Below, in pieces: positions 28,020-38,348 of a stretch of 64,000 nt of DNA; position 1 is the first letter of the stretch; every line of letters starts with the position of its first letter. This DNA is from a virus. The stretch spans positions 1-64,000 of the IMG/VR virus record IMGVR_UViG_3300020347_000003. The stretch is one strand, 5' to 3'. The notes beneath the pieces are model-generated. The model was not told where the DNA came from and ran no database searches. It saw only the letters and a program-made list of their open reading frames with translations. Position numbers and translations under genes: made by a program.

Positions 28020-29041
28020 ACCTCAAGCCATCTCGTATTCTCAAGTGTCCACTGTACGACTTCTTTAATACGATCTTCAACCGGCTGTGGTTCCCAACCC
28101 ATCTGTTTCATTCTCTCACCACTCAATGCGTAGCGAAGATCATGCCCAGGTCGACTGCTGTGGAAGTCCATAAACTGGTAGTTCAATTCTTTGCCTTGTG
28201 CATCAGCAATCATTTGTGCAAGCTCGAGATTATTCAGCTCGGTAGCACCGCAGATGTTGAACTTCGGACACTTAATGCCATTGTTCTCTTCTGCGTTGAG
28301 TGTATGCTCATTCTGGAGCAAGAAAAGAGTAGCATCAGCAACGTCTTCAGCATGAATATAATGTCGTGACCCTGGTATTGTCTTTGTCTCGTCAGAGTGA
28401 ATCGTGATCATATCACCATCTCTGGCTCGACGAATACACAATGGAATAAACTTTTCGGGGTGTTGGCGTTGGCCAAATACGTTCATTGTATGCGTAATGT
28501 AGATAGGCATATTATAGGTATTTTGATATGCAACTGCAAGTTCTTCACCACCAGCCTTCGATGCGCTGTAAGGATTCGTGCTGTTATACCTATCATATTC
28601 ATCATACTTGACGCCATTTGGTGCTGGGCCAAATACCTCATCAGTAGAGAAGTACACAAATCTTTCTAGGTTTGGTTGCTTTCGAGCGAATTCAAGAATA
28701 TTACAAGTACCGACAACATTATCCATCACGAACTCCATAGGGTGATCGATACTGCGATCTACGTGAGATCCTGCTGCGAGGTGAGCAACGATTTCACACG
28801 GACCAATATCAGCAACAATCTGAGGGTTCAGTTCTGCCTTGAGATCGTGAAAAATGGTTCGAACTCTTTTGCGTTCCTCTGCTGTACGATCTTGCAGAAG
28901 ATCATGCAGACGGTTGAGATTACCACTATAATCTAAACGATCAATAGTGACCACATTCCAGTCTGTACGCATGAGTACTTGGTTGATTAGATGGTGGGCA
29001 ATAAAACCACCGCCACCGGTTATGAGAATTGTTTTAGCCAT
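28016..29041 (-). CDS. NAD-dependent sugar dehydratase (dTDP-glucose 4,6-dehydratase-like)
   Basis: ITGGGGFI, HLAAGSHVDRS, STDEVFG, YSASK, RPGHDLRY. Confidence 0.92.
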   Translation of the reverse strand: MAKTILITGGGGFIAHHLINQVLMRTDWNVVTIDRLDYSGNLNRLHDLLQDRTAEERKRVRTIFHDLKAELNPQIVADIGPCEIVAHLAAGSHVDRSIDHPMEFVMDNVVGTCNILEFARKQPNLERFVYFSTDEVFGPAPNGVKYDEYDRYNSTNPYSASKAGGEELAVAYQNTYNMPIYITHTMNVFGQRQHPEKFIPLCIRRARDGDMITIHSDETKTIPGSRHYIHAEDVADATLFLLQNEHTLNAEENNGIKCPKFNICGATELNNLELAQMIADAQGKELNYQFMDFHSSRPGHDLRYALSGERMKQMGWEPQPVEDRIKEVVQWTLENTRWLEV

Positions 29042-29078
29042 TTCGATTCCTTCATCAAAAACATTATATTGATTTTAT

Positions 29079-29273
29079 TTATGTGTTGTCACCATCACGA
29101 TATTCGATATCAGACTTGTCAAAAGGCTTGATCCGGTTGCCATAATAATCGTGAGTACCTGCTCGGTAATTCCGCTTACGTTCATCTAGCATCAGAGTCG
29201 ATTCCCAAATCATTGCTCCCAGAAAAACACAAACGGCAATTCCCAACACAAACTGTAATACGTCTAGTAACAT
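29079..29273 (-). CDS. Small membrane protein
   Basis: N-terminal TM helix; GTHDYYGN. Confidence 0.55.
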   Translation of the reverse strand: MLLDVLQFVLGIAVCVFLGAMIWESTLMLDERKRNYRAGTHDYYGNRIKPFDKSDIEYRDGDNT

Positions 29274-29303
29274 AAGAAAGATCCTGTGATAAAATACCCT
29301 ACC

Positions 29304-29332
29304 ATTCTATCACAAGATCCATATGATGTCAA
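29304..29332 (-). promoter_or_regulatory. sigma70-type promoter
   Basis: TTGACA-N17-TAGAAT. Confidence 0.7.
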
Positions 29333-29333
29333 C

Positions 29334-29825
29334 CTATTTTTTCTTTTTCTTTGCCATCAAAGCAACTGCTTTGTCGTAATCGGCTTGAGACACTACACCT
29401 TCCTTGAGCAATTTCTCACGGTTGGCTAGATGCGCTGTCTGTGTCTCTTCTTTTGAACCACCATAGTAAGGTACACAATGACCCTCGTCAGCCATAACTG
29501 CTGTCACTGCTCTCCAAGCATCATGTTTGGGATCATAGACATCAAAATCGCCTAAGACACGACCAAACTTACCCTTCATATCCTCACCATCTTTGGCGAC
29601 CTGGGTCTTCAATACACAAGTCTTGCCGAGCAAAGACTTAAGTCGATTCTTGGCTGCAAGACCAAAAACCTTTTCTACCTTATCACTTGTTCTTGATTCG
29701 GGTGTATCAATGCCCATGATGCGAACACGCTCATCAGACAGGACTATACCAAAACCAAGTTCAATATCTACATCAACAGTATCGCCGTCAACGACACGGT
29801 TAATCTTTGCTCTATATTCGTACAT
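29334..29825 (-). CDS. Thermonuclease (SNase-like)
   Basis: RVVDGDTVD, RIMGIDTPE, GKFGRVLG. Confidence 0.9.
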   Translation of the reverse strand: MYEYRAKINRVVDGDTVDVDIELGFGIVLSDERVRIMGIDTPESRTSDKVEKVFGLAAKNRLKSLLGKTCVLKTQVAKDGEDMKGKFGRVLGDFDVYDPKHDAWRAVTAVMADEGHCVPYYGGSKEETQTAHLANREKLLKEGVVSQADYDKAVALMAKKKKK

Positions 29826-29847
29826 TGTGGTTCCCTTTTTTTTATTA

Positions 29848-30069
29848 TTAGAATATTTTACCTATTAGATAGACGAACCCCATTAGAAAGAACATACTAA
29901 GTGCAGATTCAAAACCATCTAAAACCCATACAACTGGAAATCCCCCAAACCATACAGTCTTAAATGCATAGTCTTTCCAATTCCAAACGATGTAGAATAA
30001 ACCTTCCCACGATCGCATGTTGTCTGGCCTTTCGGGACCAAAGTCAAGCTTTGGTTGTTTATCTCCCAT
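29848..30069 (-). CDS. Small membrane protein
   Basis: Hydrophobic, Trp/Phe-rich; directly after the cytochrome c gene. Confidence 0.55.
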   Translation of the reverse strand: MGDKQPKLDFGPERPDNMRSWEGLFYIVWNWKDYAFKTVWFGGFPVVWVLDGFESALSMFFLMGFVYLIGKIF

Positions 30070-30071
30070 AT

Positions 30072-30392
30072 TTATTCCCTTGGAAAGCCTTCTTGTACGA
30101 ATACACCCATTGTACCGATTTGACCATCAGTAAGCTGCATGGCTTGTGGCCACATCATCTGCGACTGGGGACCTACTATCTCACCATTCTTATAGAGTGT
30201 GAGCTTGGTGATGATTTCATCAGCAGATTTGTCATAGAGAGAAGGGCCAATGCCACCCTCACCACGAGCTCCATGGCAAGCTGCACATGTATTCCACTGT
30301 TGACGAATTTCATAGAAACGATCTGCACTTGCGGGGAGTGCGAAAAGAATGCAAGTAAAAGCGATCAAATATTTCATAAAGGTTATCCTCAT
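30072..30392 (-). CDS. Periplasmic monoheme cytochrome c (c553/c4-like; start probably 30377)
   Basis: Signal peptide, CAACHG heme motif, GEGGIGP.L, distal Met (SQMM). Confidence 0.9.
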   Translation of the reverse strand: MRITFMKYLIAFTCILFALPASADRFYEIRQQWNTCAACHGARGEGGIGPSLYDKSADEIITKLTLYKNGEIVGPQSQMMWPQAMQLTDGQIGTMGVFVQEGFPRE

Positions 30393-30545
30393 TTTGTATC
30401 ATAATAAATGCATGTATATGTATGGCGATTATCAGTCTCACCACATACCATACAACGGTTTTGTTGCTCTTTGTAATCAAACTGCCGGTGGTGTTTATCT
30501 TCCCACACAGCGCGTTCGGTTAATTTCTTTTGATCTTCAGTTGTA

Positions 30546-31691
30546 TCAGTCATTTAAGTATTTCACGATTCTCTCGGCCAAATGTGCAAACCAAATCTCA
30601 TCGCGTCCTCTTGTTGTCTCAGCGGCAGTGCCGATTCGTATACCAGATGTTTCCATAAATGGTCGGGGATCATTTGGTATTCCATTTTTGTTGACTGTAA
30701 TCCTGCGACCCTCAAGTCTATCGGCCGCTTCTCTACCCGAATATTTGCTTTTACTCAAATCGAGTAGAATGATATGGCTGTCAGTACCACCTGTAAGAAT
30801 ATCAAAACCAGCTTCAGTAAAGATACCAGCCATGGCCTGAGCATTCTTAATTACCTGAGCTCCATATTTCTCAAAGTCGACAGTAGAAGCCTCAACAAAA
30901 GCTTGAGCCTTGGCAGCAATAATATTCATCAATGGACCACCCTGTGTACCAGGAAAGACAGAACTATTAATTCTTCTACTGTGTGCCTTATCGTTCCATA
31001 GGATAATGCCACCTCGTGGACCACGTAATGTCTTGTGTGTCGTACTGGTAACAACATCGGCATATTCAAGAGGGCTGTCGTATACACCAGCTGCAATCAA
31101 ACCCGAATAGTGTGCCATATCAACCATCAGGAGGGCTCCGGCTTGATCAGCAATAAATCTAAATGCCTCCCAATCAATTTGCCGAGGGTATGCTGACGCA
31201 CCAGCGATAATCATTCTTGGTCTATAACTACATGCCAATTTCATAACTTCTTCGTAGTCGATATATCCATTTTCGTCCACACCATATGTCATGGCATCAT
31301 AGATCTTACCGGACATATTGACTGGAGCCCCATGTGAGAGGTGACCACCAGATGCGAGATCCATACCTAAGATTCTATCACCGGGCGTTAAGAAAGCTTG
31401 AAAGACAGCACCGTTAGCATTTGCACCAGAGTGAGGTTGGACATTGGCAAATTCACAATCATAAAGAGATTTGAGCTGTTCGATTGCAAATGTTTCAATC
31501 TCGTCCATATGATCACAGCCATTGTAATAACGCCGGCCTGGGTAGCCTTCAGCATATTTGTTTGTAAACACTGAGCCACATAGTGCCATTACCTCATCAC
31601 TGGCAAAATTCTCACTCGCGATTAACTCTATAGTAGTTTCTTGACGTTTCATTTCATTACGCCATATTAAATCAATCTCGGGGTGTAACAA
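30546..31691 (-). CDS. glyA: Serine hydroxymethyltransferase
   Basis: LIASEN, NKYAEGYPG.RYY.G, GGHLSHG, TTHKTLRGPRGG. Confidence 0.97.
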   Translation of the reverse strand: MLHPEIDLIWRNEMKRQETTIELIASENFASDEVMALCGSVFTNKYAEGYPGRRYYNGCDHMDEIETFAIEQLKSLYDCEFANVQPHSGANANGAVFQAFLTPGDRILGMDLASGGHLSHGAPVNMSGKIYDAMTYGVDENGYIDYEEVMKLACSYRPRMIIAGASAYPRQIDWEAFRFIADQAGALLMVDMAHYSGLIAAGVYDSPLEYADVVTSTTHKTLRGPRGGIILWNDKAHSRRINSSVFPGTQGGPLMNIIAAKAQAFVEASTVDFEKYGAQVIKNAQAMAGIFTEAGFDILTGGTDSHIILLDLSKSKYSGREAADRLEGRRITVNKNGIPNDPRPFMETSGIRIGTAAETTRGRDEIWFAHLAERIVKYLND

Positions 31692-31935
31692 GACTTGTGT
31701 CCTCCATCATTAATTGTGTTTGAACCGCTGAGTAAAACTCTCTGTAGTGACCGATATATTTATCGTCCCACCATATGTGAGGTATCTTTTGCATGTCGAC
31801 ATGTTCTGAACGAAGTTGCCTGTAGTATTTGGACAGACCAATATCTTTATATTCGTACGGGATTCCGTACTTCTTTGCAAGACTTACTGCATCATGGCAG
31901 AATCCACACTGCGCTGTGCCGTAAATTGTGATCAT
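31672..31935 (-). CDS. Glutaredoxin
   Basis: CGFC active site; IPHI...YIG. Confidence 0.85.
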   Translation of the reverse strand: MITIYGTAQCGFCHDAVSLAKKYGIPYEYKDIGLSKYYRQLRSEHVDMQKIPHIWWDDKYIGHYREFYSAVQTQLMMEDTSLVTPRD

Positions 31936-32288
31936 GACTTAGGTTTCATTTCTTCCCAATTATCGATGAAGGCTAACTTCTTTTCTTCACCCCAACCATC
32001 TGGACCTTCGACGAGATATCTATTATCAGTGTCGAAAATATTTAGCATTGCCTCTCGGTCAACGAGTGTCATATCAACCACGTGCTGACCTAAAAATGAC
32101 TGAGAGAATTCCTTGGCTTGTTCAGCCACGACACATTCTTCGAGCCACACTAATGCGGTCTCTTCGTCCAAGTCGTGATCTTTGTTTAGTTCTTGTAGTC
32201 TTTCAACTGGAATAACATATCTTTGTCTGAAGGTAGACACTACCGTTGCGACTGCATACTTGCCTTCAATTTCACTTTTCATAATCAA
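31932..32288 (-). CDS. Hypothetical protein
   Basis: STFRQRYV...EFSQ..LG pattern. Confidence 0.65.
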   Translation of the reverse strand: MIMKSEIEGKYAVATVVSTFRQRYVIPVERLQELNKDHDLDEETALVWLEECVVAEQAKEFSQSFLGQHVVDMTLVDREAMLNIFDTDNRYLVEGPDGWGEEKKLAFIDNWEEMKPKS

Positions 32289-32562
32289 ATCACCTTTTTT
32301 AAATGAATAATAAACCTACAAAGAATCCTATATTTAGCCCTAATGAGCAGGCCAATATAAAATCCTTCGAAAAACTAGACTTCTCAAACGTTACTGCGTG
32401 GCTCTCGTCCACTACCCTGTAATGTATTTTGCTGTTTTCCATCCGATTTGATTAATACCCTTGTTCTAATATCAGATCCAAAGTCTCGAGCATAAACCGT
32501 TTTACCACGGTCGGGTGACTCGTAGATTTTTGGTGCGTTCGTATCTTTCATTTCAACAACTC

Positions 32563-32817
32563 CTACATATTTTTGACATTATCTTGAATTCTTGCCCAGA
32601 TATATTCTGCTTCTGGGAATTCGACCATCTCGTCCACTTGCATGTCGATATAGTCTAGCTCGTCTAAATTGGATGTGGTCACCTCTAGTTTCCACATGTC
32701 AATAATAGCCTGGCTAAATGCTGCGTTATTCAATGCTTGAGGTCCAAAAGCTCTCACGAGATCTTCCAGTGAATACTCACGTGGGGGCTGTTCATTTCTT
32801 CTATCCTTTTTGGCCAT
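32563..32817 (-). CDS. Hypothetical protein
   Basis: 84 aa; AAGGAG RBS. Confidence 0.55.
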   Translation of the reverse strand: MAKKDRRNEQPPREYSLEDLVRAFGPQALNNAAFSQAIIDMWKLEVTTSNLDELDYIDMQVDEMVEFPEAEYIWARIQDNVKNM

Positions 32818-33244
32818 GTGCAGTGTCTCCTTTCAACCAACCGATCTTTTCACCGGCTTTTACTCGACGATCATACTCTTCTACAGAACCTGGATATCTC
32901 CAAGCCCAAACAAGCCAGAAAAGCATGAATAAACCTATACTAATTGTAGCAACTAGCTTTAATTGTAAATAAAGAATCCAACTAAAACTGAATAGACAAC
33001 AAGCCAACATGACATATTTAGCTTTCGTTGGATAAATTCTTTTATTTGTCCAATTCTGTACATAAGGTCCAAATGTGGGATGTTCCCACACCCATTTTTC
33101 TAGTTTAGGTGAACTTTTACTAAAACACCATAACGCAAGAAGTAGAAAAGAAGTGGTCGGAATGCCCGGTACGAGGGCTCCTATGTAAGCCATTCCCACC
33201 GATAACAGTCCTGCTGCTCTCCACAAATTTCTACGTATGTTCAT
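32801..33244 (-). CDS. ybaN: YbaN/DUF454 inner membrane protein
   Basis: G.....IG..VPGIPTT.FLLLA.WCF.KSS...W...HP.FGP....W. Confidence 0.88.
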   Translation of the reverse strand: MNIRRNLWRAAGLLSVGMAYIGALVPGIPTTSFLLLALWCFSKSSPKLEKWVWEHPTFGPYVQNWTNKRIYPTKAKYVMLACCLFSFSWILYLQLKLVATISIGLFMLFWLVWAWRYPGSVEEYDRRVKAGEKIGWLKGDTAHGQKG

Positions 33245-34430
33245 TAAATACTCCCTTCAAAGCTGTGACCAAGTCATGCATCATGCCATCATCATGTAAT
33301 GGTGTTGGTGTAATTCTCAATCGTTCTGTTCCCACATCTACAGTGGGGTAATTTATTGGTTGAATGTATAATCCATATTTATTTAACAAAGTATCACTTA
33401 TCGATTTACATTTCTTTGCATCACCCACCATTACGGGGACAATGTGTGTACATGCCGAATCGTGTACTTTCAATCCAGCATTTTTGATCATTCTTTTCAA
33501 AGTAGCAGCACGTTCTTGATGCTGTTCTCTTAGATTGTCATGATCTTTTAAATAACGTATTGACGCAATGGCTCCTGCACAAACGACAGGTGATGTTGAG
33601 GTGGTGAAGATGAAGCCGGACGCAACAGACCGAATTGCATCAAGAACATCACTATCACCAGCAATATACCCACCGTGGCAACCAAACGCCTTTCCAAGTG
33701 TTCCATTTATAATATCTACCCTATCTTCCTCTATTCTCTCACAAAATCCAGCTCCTGTCAACCCATAAAGACCGACTGCGTGAACTTCATCAATATATGT
33801 GATAGCATTATACTCTTCTGCCAGATCACAAATTTCCTTAATCGGTGAGACGTCTCCATCCATACTGTATACCGACTCAAAGACGATGCAAGGTGTCTTA
33901 CCTTCCATCTTGGCCCATTGTAAATAAAATCTCAGTTCACGTAGGTCATTATGTTGCCAGACTTTCTTATCGGCACCACTGTGTCGAATACCTTGAATCA
34001 TGCTGGCATGATTTTTCGAATCACTCAGATAAACAAGATTGGGAATGATTTCTGCCAGAGCAACCAATGACCATTCATTGGCGACATAGGCTGATGTGAA
34101 TAGAACGGCAGATTCTTTTTTATGTAATTCTGCCAATTCTTTTTCCAAAGTTACATGGAAATGAGATGTACCACCGATGTTACGTGTACCACCACTTCCA
34201 GCACCTGTCTTATCAAGAGCAGTATGCATGGCATCAATCACATATTGATTCTGACCCATACATAGATAATCATTTGAACACCAATTTACGATATTCTTTG
34301 GGGCGTATTTTCCATACCAAGTAGCGTTAGGAAATTCACCCCTCGTTCTTACAATATCATTAAAGACTCGATACTTACCTTCGTCTTTTAATGTTTTAAT
34401 TACATCATTAAACGGTGTCTTGTCGATCAT
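33231..34430 (-). CDS. hemA: 5-aminolevulinate synthase (Shemin/C4 pathway)
   Basis: [77 protein letters not shown]. Confidence 0.95.
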   Translation of the reverse strand: MIDKTPFNDVIKTLKDEGKYRVFNDIVRTRGEFPNATWYGKYAPKNIVNWCSNDYLCMGQNQYVIDAMHTALDKTGAGSGGTRNIGGTSHFHVTLEKELAELHKKESAVLFTSAYVANEWSLVALAEIIPNLVYLSDSKNHASMIQGIRHSGADKKVWQHNDLRELRFYLQWAKMEGKTPCIVFESVYSMDGDVSPIKEICDLAEEYNAITYIDEVHAVGLYGLTGAGFCERIEEDRVDIINGTLGKAFGCHGGYIAGDSDVLDAIRSVASGFIFTTSTSPVVCAGAIASIRYLKDHDNLREQHQERAATLKRMIKNAGLKVHDSACTHIVPVMVGDAKKCKSISDTLLNKYGLYIQPINYPTVDVGTERLRITPTPLHDDGMMHDLVTALKGVFNEHT

Positions 34431-34788
34431 TAACTTTGTCCCAAATATTATCGGCAGTAAACCGATAAGCCCCAATACATTCATACCGAGTCCAATTCTC
34501 AATTAGGCTCAGCATATATCCATTTTCTGCATTATACAGATAATATATATGCCCAACCTTTGGTACAAAATTGTATGTCGCACAATACACCATCTCTGTT
34601 TGTTTTGCTGCTTCTACCAACTCTTCATATTCACGATTGAGTTGATTCAGCCTTTCTTCAAAATATTTGCTGGCATTTGCTCCACGTTCTGTTTTGAAGA
34701 GGTCAGTGTCCGGCAACTGAATAGCCGGAGCACTGACATTCGAACCATAAGGTAGGAGCCCAGGGGCACTAGGCAGCGTATGCTTCAT
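34408..34788 (-). CDS. DUF2452-like protein
   Basis: [12 protein letters not shown]...F.P.VG.IYYLY. Confidence 0.7.
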   Translation of the reverse strand: MKHTLPSAPGLLPYGSNVSAPAIQLPDTDLFKTERGANASKYFEERLNQLNREYEELVEAAKQTEMVYCATYNFVPKVGHIYYLYNAENGYMLSLIENWTRYECIGAYRFTADNIWDKVNDRQDTV

Positions 34789-35971
34789 CCCAATTACCCG
34801 ATAAGCCAGCTACTTCATACTCTGTCACTCTGTTCTCAAAGAAGTTGGTATGGTCTGCACCATTCAGTACCCATTCGAGCCAAGAAAGTGGGTTGTCTTT
34901 TACCCTAAAGTTTGGTTTCATACCTAATTGAATCAATCGACGATCTGTGATATATCGAATGTATTGCTTGACCTCTGTCATTTCAAGGCCTTCAATTTGA
35001 CCCATCTTATAGGCTAACTCGACAAATTTGTCTTCTAACTTAACCACCTGACGAGACATTTCATAAATCTCAGCCTTGAATTCATCGTCTACAATACGAG
35101 GATGTTCTTGGCAGAAGACCTTAAACAGTTTAGAGTTACCTTCTACGTGCATTGATTCATCACGGATAGACCATTCGACGACCTTACCCATCCCTTTCAT
35201 CTTACCAAACCGTTGAAAGTTCAGCAACATTACGAATGATGCAAAGAGAGCAACACCTTCATTGAAGACAGATTTTGCAAGAGCGAGACCAAGACCACGC
35301 ATGGTATTAACGTCTGCCTCCATCATGTATTCAATCTTATCAGCCATTTCTTTATACTCCAGAAACGCGTGATATTCTTCATTTGAAAGACCTAGTGTCT
35401 CATTCAAAAGAGCATAAGCTCTCTGGTGAATACCTTCCCGAGCAGCAAACGATGAAAGCATATTGCGAACTTCGTTGTTCTTAAACTTGGGAATGAACTG
35501 ATCAAAATAGTTTTGGCCAACAGCGACATCGCTTTGTGTAAAGAGACGAAGAATGTTGGTGATGTATTCCTTTTCGACATCGGTGATCTTACCACCTTTC
35601 CAGTCAGATACATCTTCAGAGAGGTCGAGCTCGTCTTCAATCCAATGGGCTTTTTCGTGTCGAGTAGTGATGTCAATGGCCCATGGGTAATGAAAAGGCT
35701 TATACGTCTCAGAAAACTCCATTAAACCACCGGATGATTTCTTAATCAAGGTATCAGCAATTTTCATTAAGTCATTATATGTTCCAATTTGCTTGTCGTC
35801 GATAAAGATTTGAGGTACCGACCGGACGTTTGGATATTTCTGGTAGAATGACATTCGTTGCTCTTCATCATCCAATTTAATTTCTGTAAAAGTAAAATTA
35901 TGTAGTTTGAACCATGCCTTTGCCTTATCACAAAACGGGCAAAATGATTTCGAGTAGATTACTACTTGCAT
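34769..35971 (-). CDS. nrdB: Ribonucleotide reductase class Ia beta subunit with N-terminal glutaredoxin fusion
   Basis: CPFC glutaredoxin domain then FTQSD, EGIH..AY, EG..LF.SF, RDE.MH, NFFENRVTEY. Confidence 0.95.
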   Translation of the reverse strand: MQVVIYSKSFCPFCDKAKAWFKLHNFTFTEIKLDDEEQRMSFYQKYPNVRSVPQIFIDDKQIGTYNDLMKIADTLIKKSSGGLMEFSETYKPFHYPWAIDITTRHEKAHWIEDELDLSEDVSDWKGGKITDVEKEYITNILRLFTQSDVAVGQNYFDQFIPKFKNNEVRNMLSSFAAREGIHQRAYALLNETLGLSNEEYHAFLEYKEMADKIEYMMEADVNTMRGLGLALAKSVFNEGVALFASFVMLLNFQRFGKMKGMGKVVEWSIRDESMHVEGNSKLFKVFCQEHPRIVDDEFKAEIYEMSRQVVKLEDKFVELAYKMGQIEGLEMTEVKQYIRYITDRRLIQLGMKPNFRVKDNPLSWLEWVLNGADHTNFFENRVTEYEVAGLSGNWDEAYAA

Positions 35972-35982
35972 TGGGGGAATCC

Positions 35983-36567
35983 TTATTGAGATAGTTTATA
36001 GTTTGTTTGTGAATGATGCTTCTCGTCTTGTTGTACTCTATAGACCATGTCATAGAGCTTTGCATCAGATTTTAGATCATAATAATCAATTGCCAGTTGT
36101 GGGGCTGGACTGTTATCTATATCACCATGAGCAATCATTTGGAGATAACTTTCATAACTACGTACTGCCTCTTCCTCAAAATAATGTACCATTAGGTGTG
36201 CTGTTTTGGGGAAGAAAATATAAAATATTAAATAATAATGCCAGAATATACATTGTGCCAAGAGAATCAAAGTTCTCTCAACCACATTGGGCTGTGCAAT
36301 CTCAATAAAGAACATGAGATGCATTCTTTCATTTTCGGCTTCGGCTAGAAGTTCTCTAATCTGAGGACCATATCCGGTCTTCAGACTACGAAGGCTGCGA
36401 AGGTGAATCCACATACCAGCGACCATCCCTGGCACACCGGCAATTGTTTCAAGCACTACAGCCCTGTGTCCGTATCTTTTGGCAAAGAACGTATCTGCAA
36501 AGAACCGAAAGAATTTTGTTTGACCATAGGCAAATGAATGGCTCAGCCTCTCTCTTACCCCTGGCAT
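35983..36567 (-). CDS. aox: Alternative oxidase (ubiquinol oxidase)
   Basis: LETIAGVPGMV, EAENERMHL, YFEEEAV.SY, QDEKHH di-iron motifs. Confidence 0.95.
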   Translation of the reverse strand: MPGVRERLSHSFAYGQTKFFRFFADTFFAKRYGHRAVVLETIAGVPGMVAGMWIHLRSLRSLKTGYGPQIRELLAEAENERMHLMFFIEIAQPNVVERTLILLAQCIFWHYYLIFYIFFPKTAHLMVHYFEEEAVRSYESYLQMIAHGDIDNSPAPQLAIDYYDLKSDAKLYDMVYRVQQDEKHHSQTNYKLSQ

Positions 36568-38339
36568 GCCACACACTCGTCTTGATTATCTTCTTTGCCA
36601 TTTACAAAACTACCAGGAGTCACCAGGTTGTCTAGCTTCTCTCGCTCAACCTTTTGTGAGACGTTTTCAGCCTTGTTTGATGATTCTGTGCGAAGATAAT
36701 ATAACCCCTTGCAGCCCTGTTTCCAAGCTTGATAATGTACCTTATGGAGATAACCTTTGTCGGCTCCAGCAGGGAAGAATATATTCAAAGATTGCCCTTG
36801 GCATAAATGTTCTTGTCGATCACCAGCCAATCGAATGAGCCACAACTGATCAAGTTCAATTGCCGTTTTAAATACATCTTTTACATGATCAGACAAGAAG
36901 CGCAAATGTTGTACTGATCCACCATTCGTAATAATTGATGACCAGATTTCATCGGTATTCTGACCCAGACGATCTAGTTCTGCCTCTAGGTATGGGTTCT
37001 TGTTTAGATGTGATCCCACACGAGTACGAGACGTGAATGCATTGGCTTTCCAAGGCTCGATGCTGGGTGATGTATCTACAATCATTGAAGAATTTGCATT
37101 CGGAGCAATTGCCAACATATGTGCATTACGTCGACCCGTGCCTTTCATGTCTGGAGCCTCTCCTTTTTCTGCACCCATCTGCAGTGTAGCTTTTACGGCT
37201 CTTGTTTTCATCAACGAAAAGATCTCGTCATTCTTTTCTACTGCTTCCTGTGAAGCGAATGGGATCATGTTCTTTTGAAAGTATGAGTGCAGACCCATAG
37301 CCCCAAGACCTAGTGATCTCTCACGCTGTGCACTGAATCGAGCTCGGTGAATTTCATCACCAGCATGATCAATGAAAAACTGCAGTACATTGTCAAGATA
37401 GACTATAAGGTCTTCGATCATTTGCGAATTTTTCCAATCGTCGTATCTCTCCACATTGACCGAAGATAGACAACACACAGCAGTACGATCTTCACTGGTC
37501 ACGAGGTGAATTTCATTACATAGATTAGAACCACGAATCTTCAGGCCGAGATCTTGTTGTGATTGCGGTAGCGCTCTATTTGCAGTATCGATAAAGTTTA
37601 GGTAAGGTTCACCTGTTCGATATCGAGTTTCTAATAGATGTTCCCACAATTTACGAGCCTTGGTTGTATCTCTCACTGAATCATCATCGGGATCAATCAA
37701 ATCCCAATCAGCTCCGGCTTCAACAGCTTCCATGAACTTATCAGTTATATTCACAGCGTGATGTAGGTTGAGATTCTTACGATTCACATCACCAGTTGGA
37801 ATTCTCATGTTTGCAAATTCAATGATGTCTGGATGGTCACAGTCGATATAGGCTGCATAAGATCCCTTTCGAGTTCTACCTTGACGATACGCAACCATAT
37901 CTGCATCAACCGTATGTAGAAATGGCATCGGACCAGGAGCCTTCTTTGATACTGCTCGAATATCAGACCAATGACCACCGACACCACCACCCTTGACCGA
38001 CAGCCACCGAAGCTCGGCACTATGGTCAATCAGACCCTCTAGTGAATCTGGTACGTAAGTAAGAAAACACGAAATGGGTAACGCCTTTACAGGCTCACCT
38101 TCGATAGGAGCGTTTGAGAGAACTGGTGAAGCAAACATAAACCAACCTTTCGAAACGTAATCATAAATGCGTTGTGCAAGTTCTAAATCACCATAGGAAT
38201 AAGCCACTGCCGCGCGTGCAAATGCTTGTTGTGGAGTCTTCTCGTCTTCACGGCAGTAATAATCTTTCAATAACTTTGCTGACTGCTCCGATAGCAGTCT
38301 ATTTCTTCTATTATCAATTCGGATACCTAGGTGATCCAT
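36555..38339 (-). CDS. nrdA: Ribonucleotide reductase class Ia alpha subunit
   Basis: SPVLSN, ISCF, SNLCNEI, APNANSS, LYYLR, C-terminal CVAC; no ATP cone. Confidence 0.96.
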   Translation of the reverse strand: MDHLGIRIDNRRNRLLSEQSAKLLKDYYCREDEKTPQQAFARAAVAYSYGDLELAQRIYDYVSKGWFMFASPVLSNAPIEGEPVKALPISCFLTYVPDSLEGLIDHSAELRWLSVKGGGVGGHWSDIRAVSKKAPGPMPFLHTVDADMVAYRQGRTRKGSYAAYIDCDHPDIIEFANMRIPTGDVNRKNLNLHHAVNITDKFMEAVEAGADWDLIDPDDDSVRDTTKARKLWEHLLETRYRTGEPYLNFIDTANRALPQSQQDLGLKIRGSNLCNEIHLVTSEDRTAVCCLSSVNVERYDDWKNSQMIEDLIVYLDNVLQFFIDHAGDEIHRARFSAQRERSLGLGAMGLHSYFQKNMIPFASQEAVEKNDEIFSLMKTRAVKATLQMGAEKGEAPDMKGTGRRNAHMLAIAPNANSSMIVDTSPSIEPWKANAFTSRTRVGSHLNKNPYLEAELDRLGQNTDEIWSSIITNGGSVQHLRFLSDHVKDVFKTAIELDQLWLIRLAGDRQEHLCQGQSLNIFFPAGADKGYLHKVHYQAWKQGCKGLYYLRTESSNKAENVSQKVEREKLDNLVTPGSFVNGKEDNQDECVACQG

Positions 38340-38348
38340 GTCTGCTCC

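Noticed and set aside
34431-34502. Hydrophobic N-terminal extension on ALAS
   Set aside because: Overlaps the upstream gene; the Met at 34430 fits normal ALAS length
30072-38339. Host chromosomal contamination or chimeric assembly explaining the metabolic genes
   Set aside because: Genes are compact, overlapping and interleaved with phage-type ORFs on the same strand, with no visible compositional break
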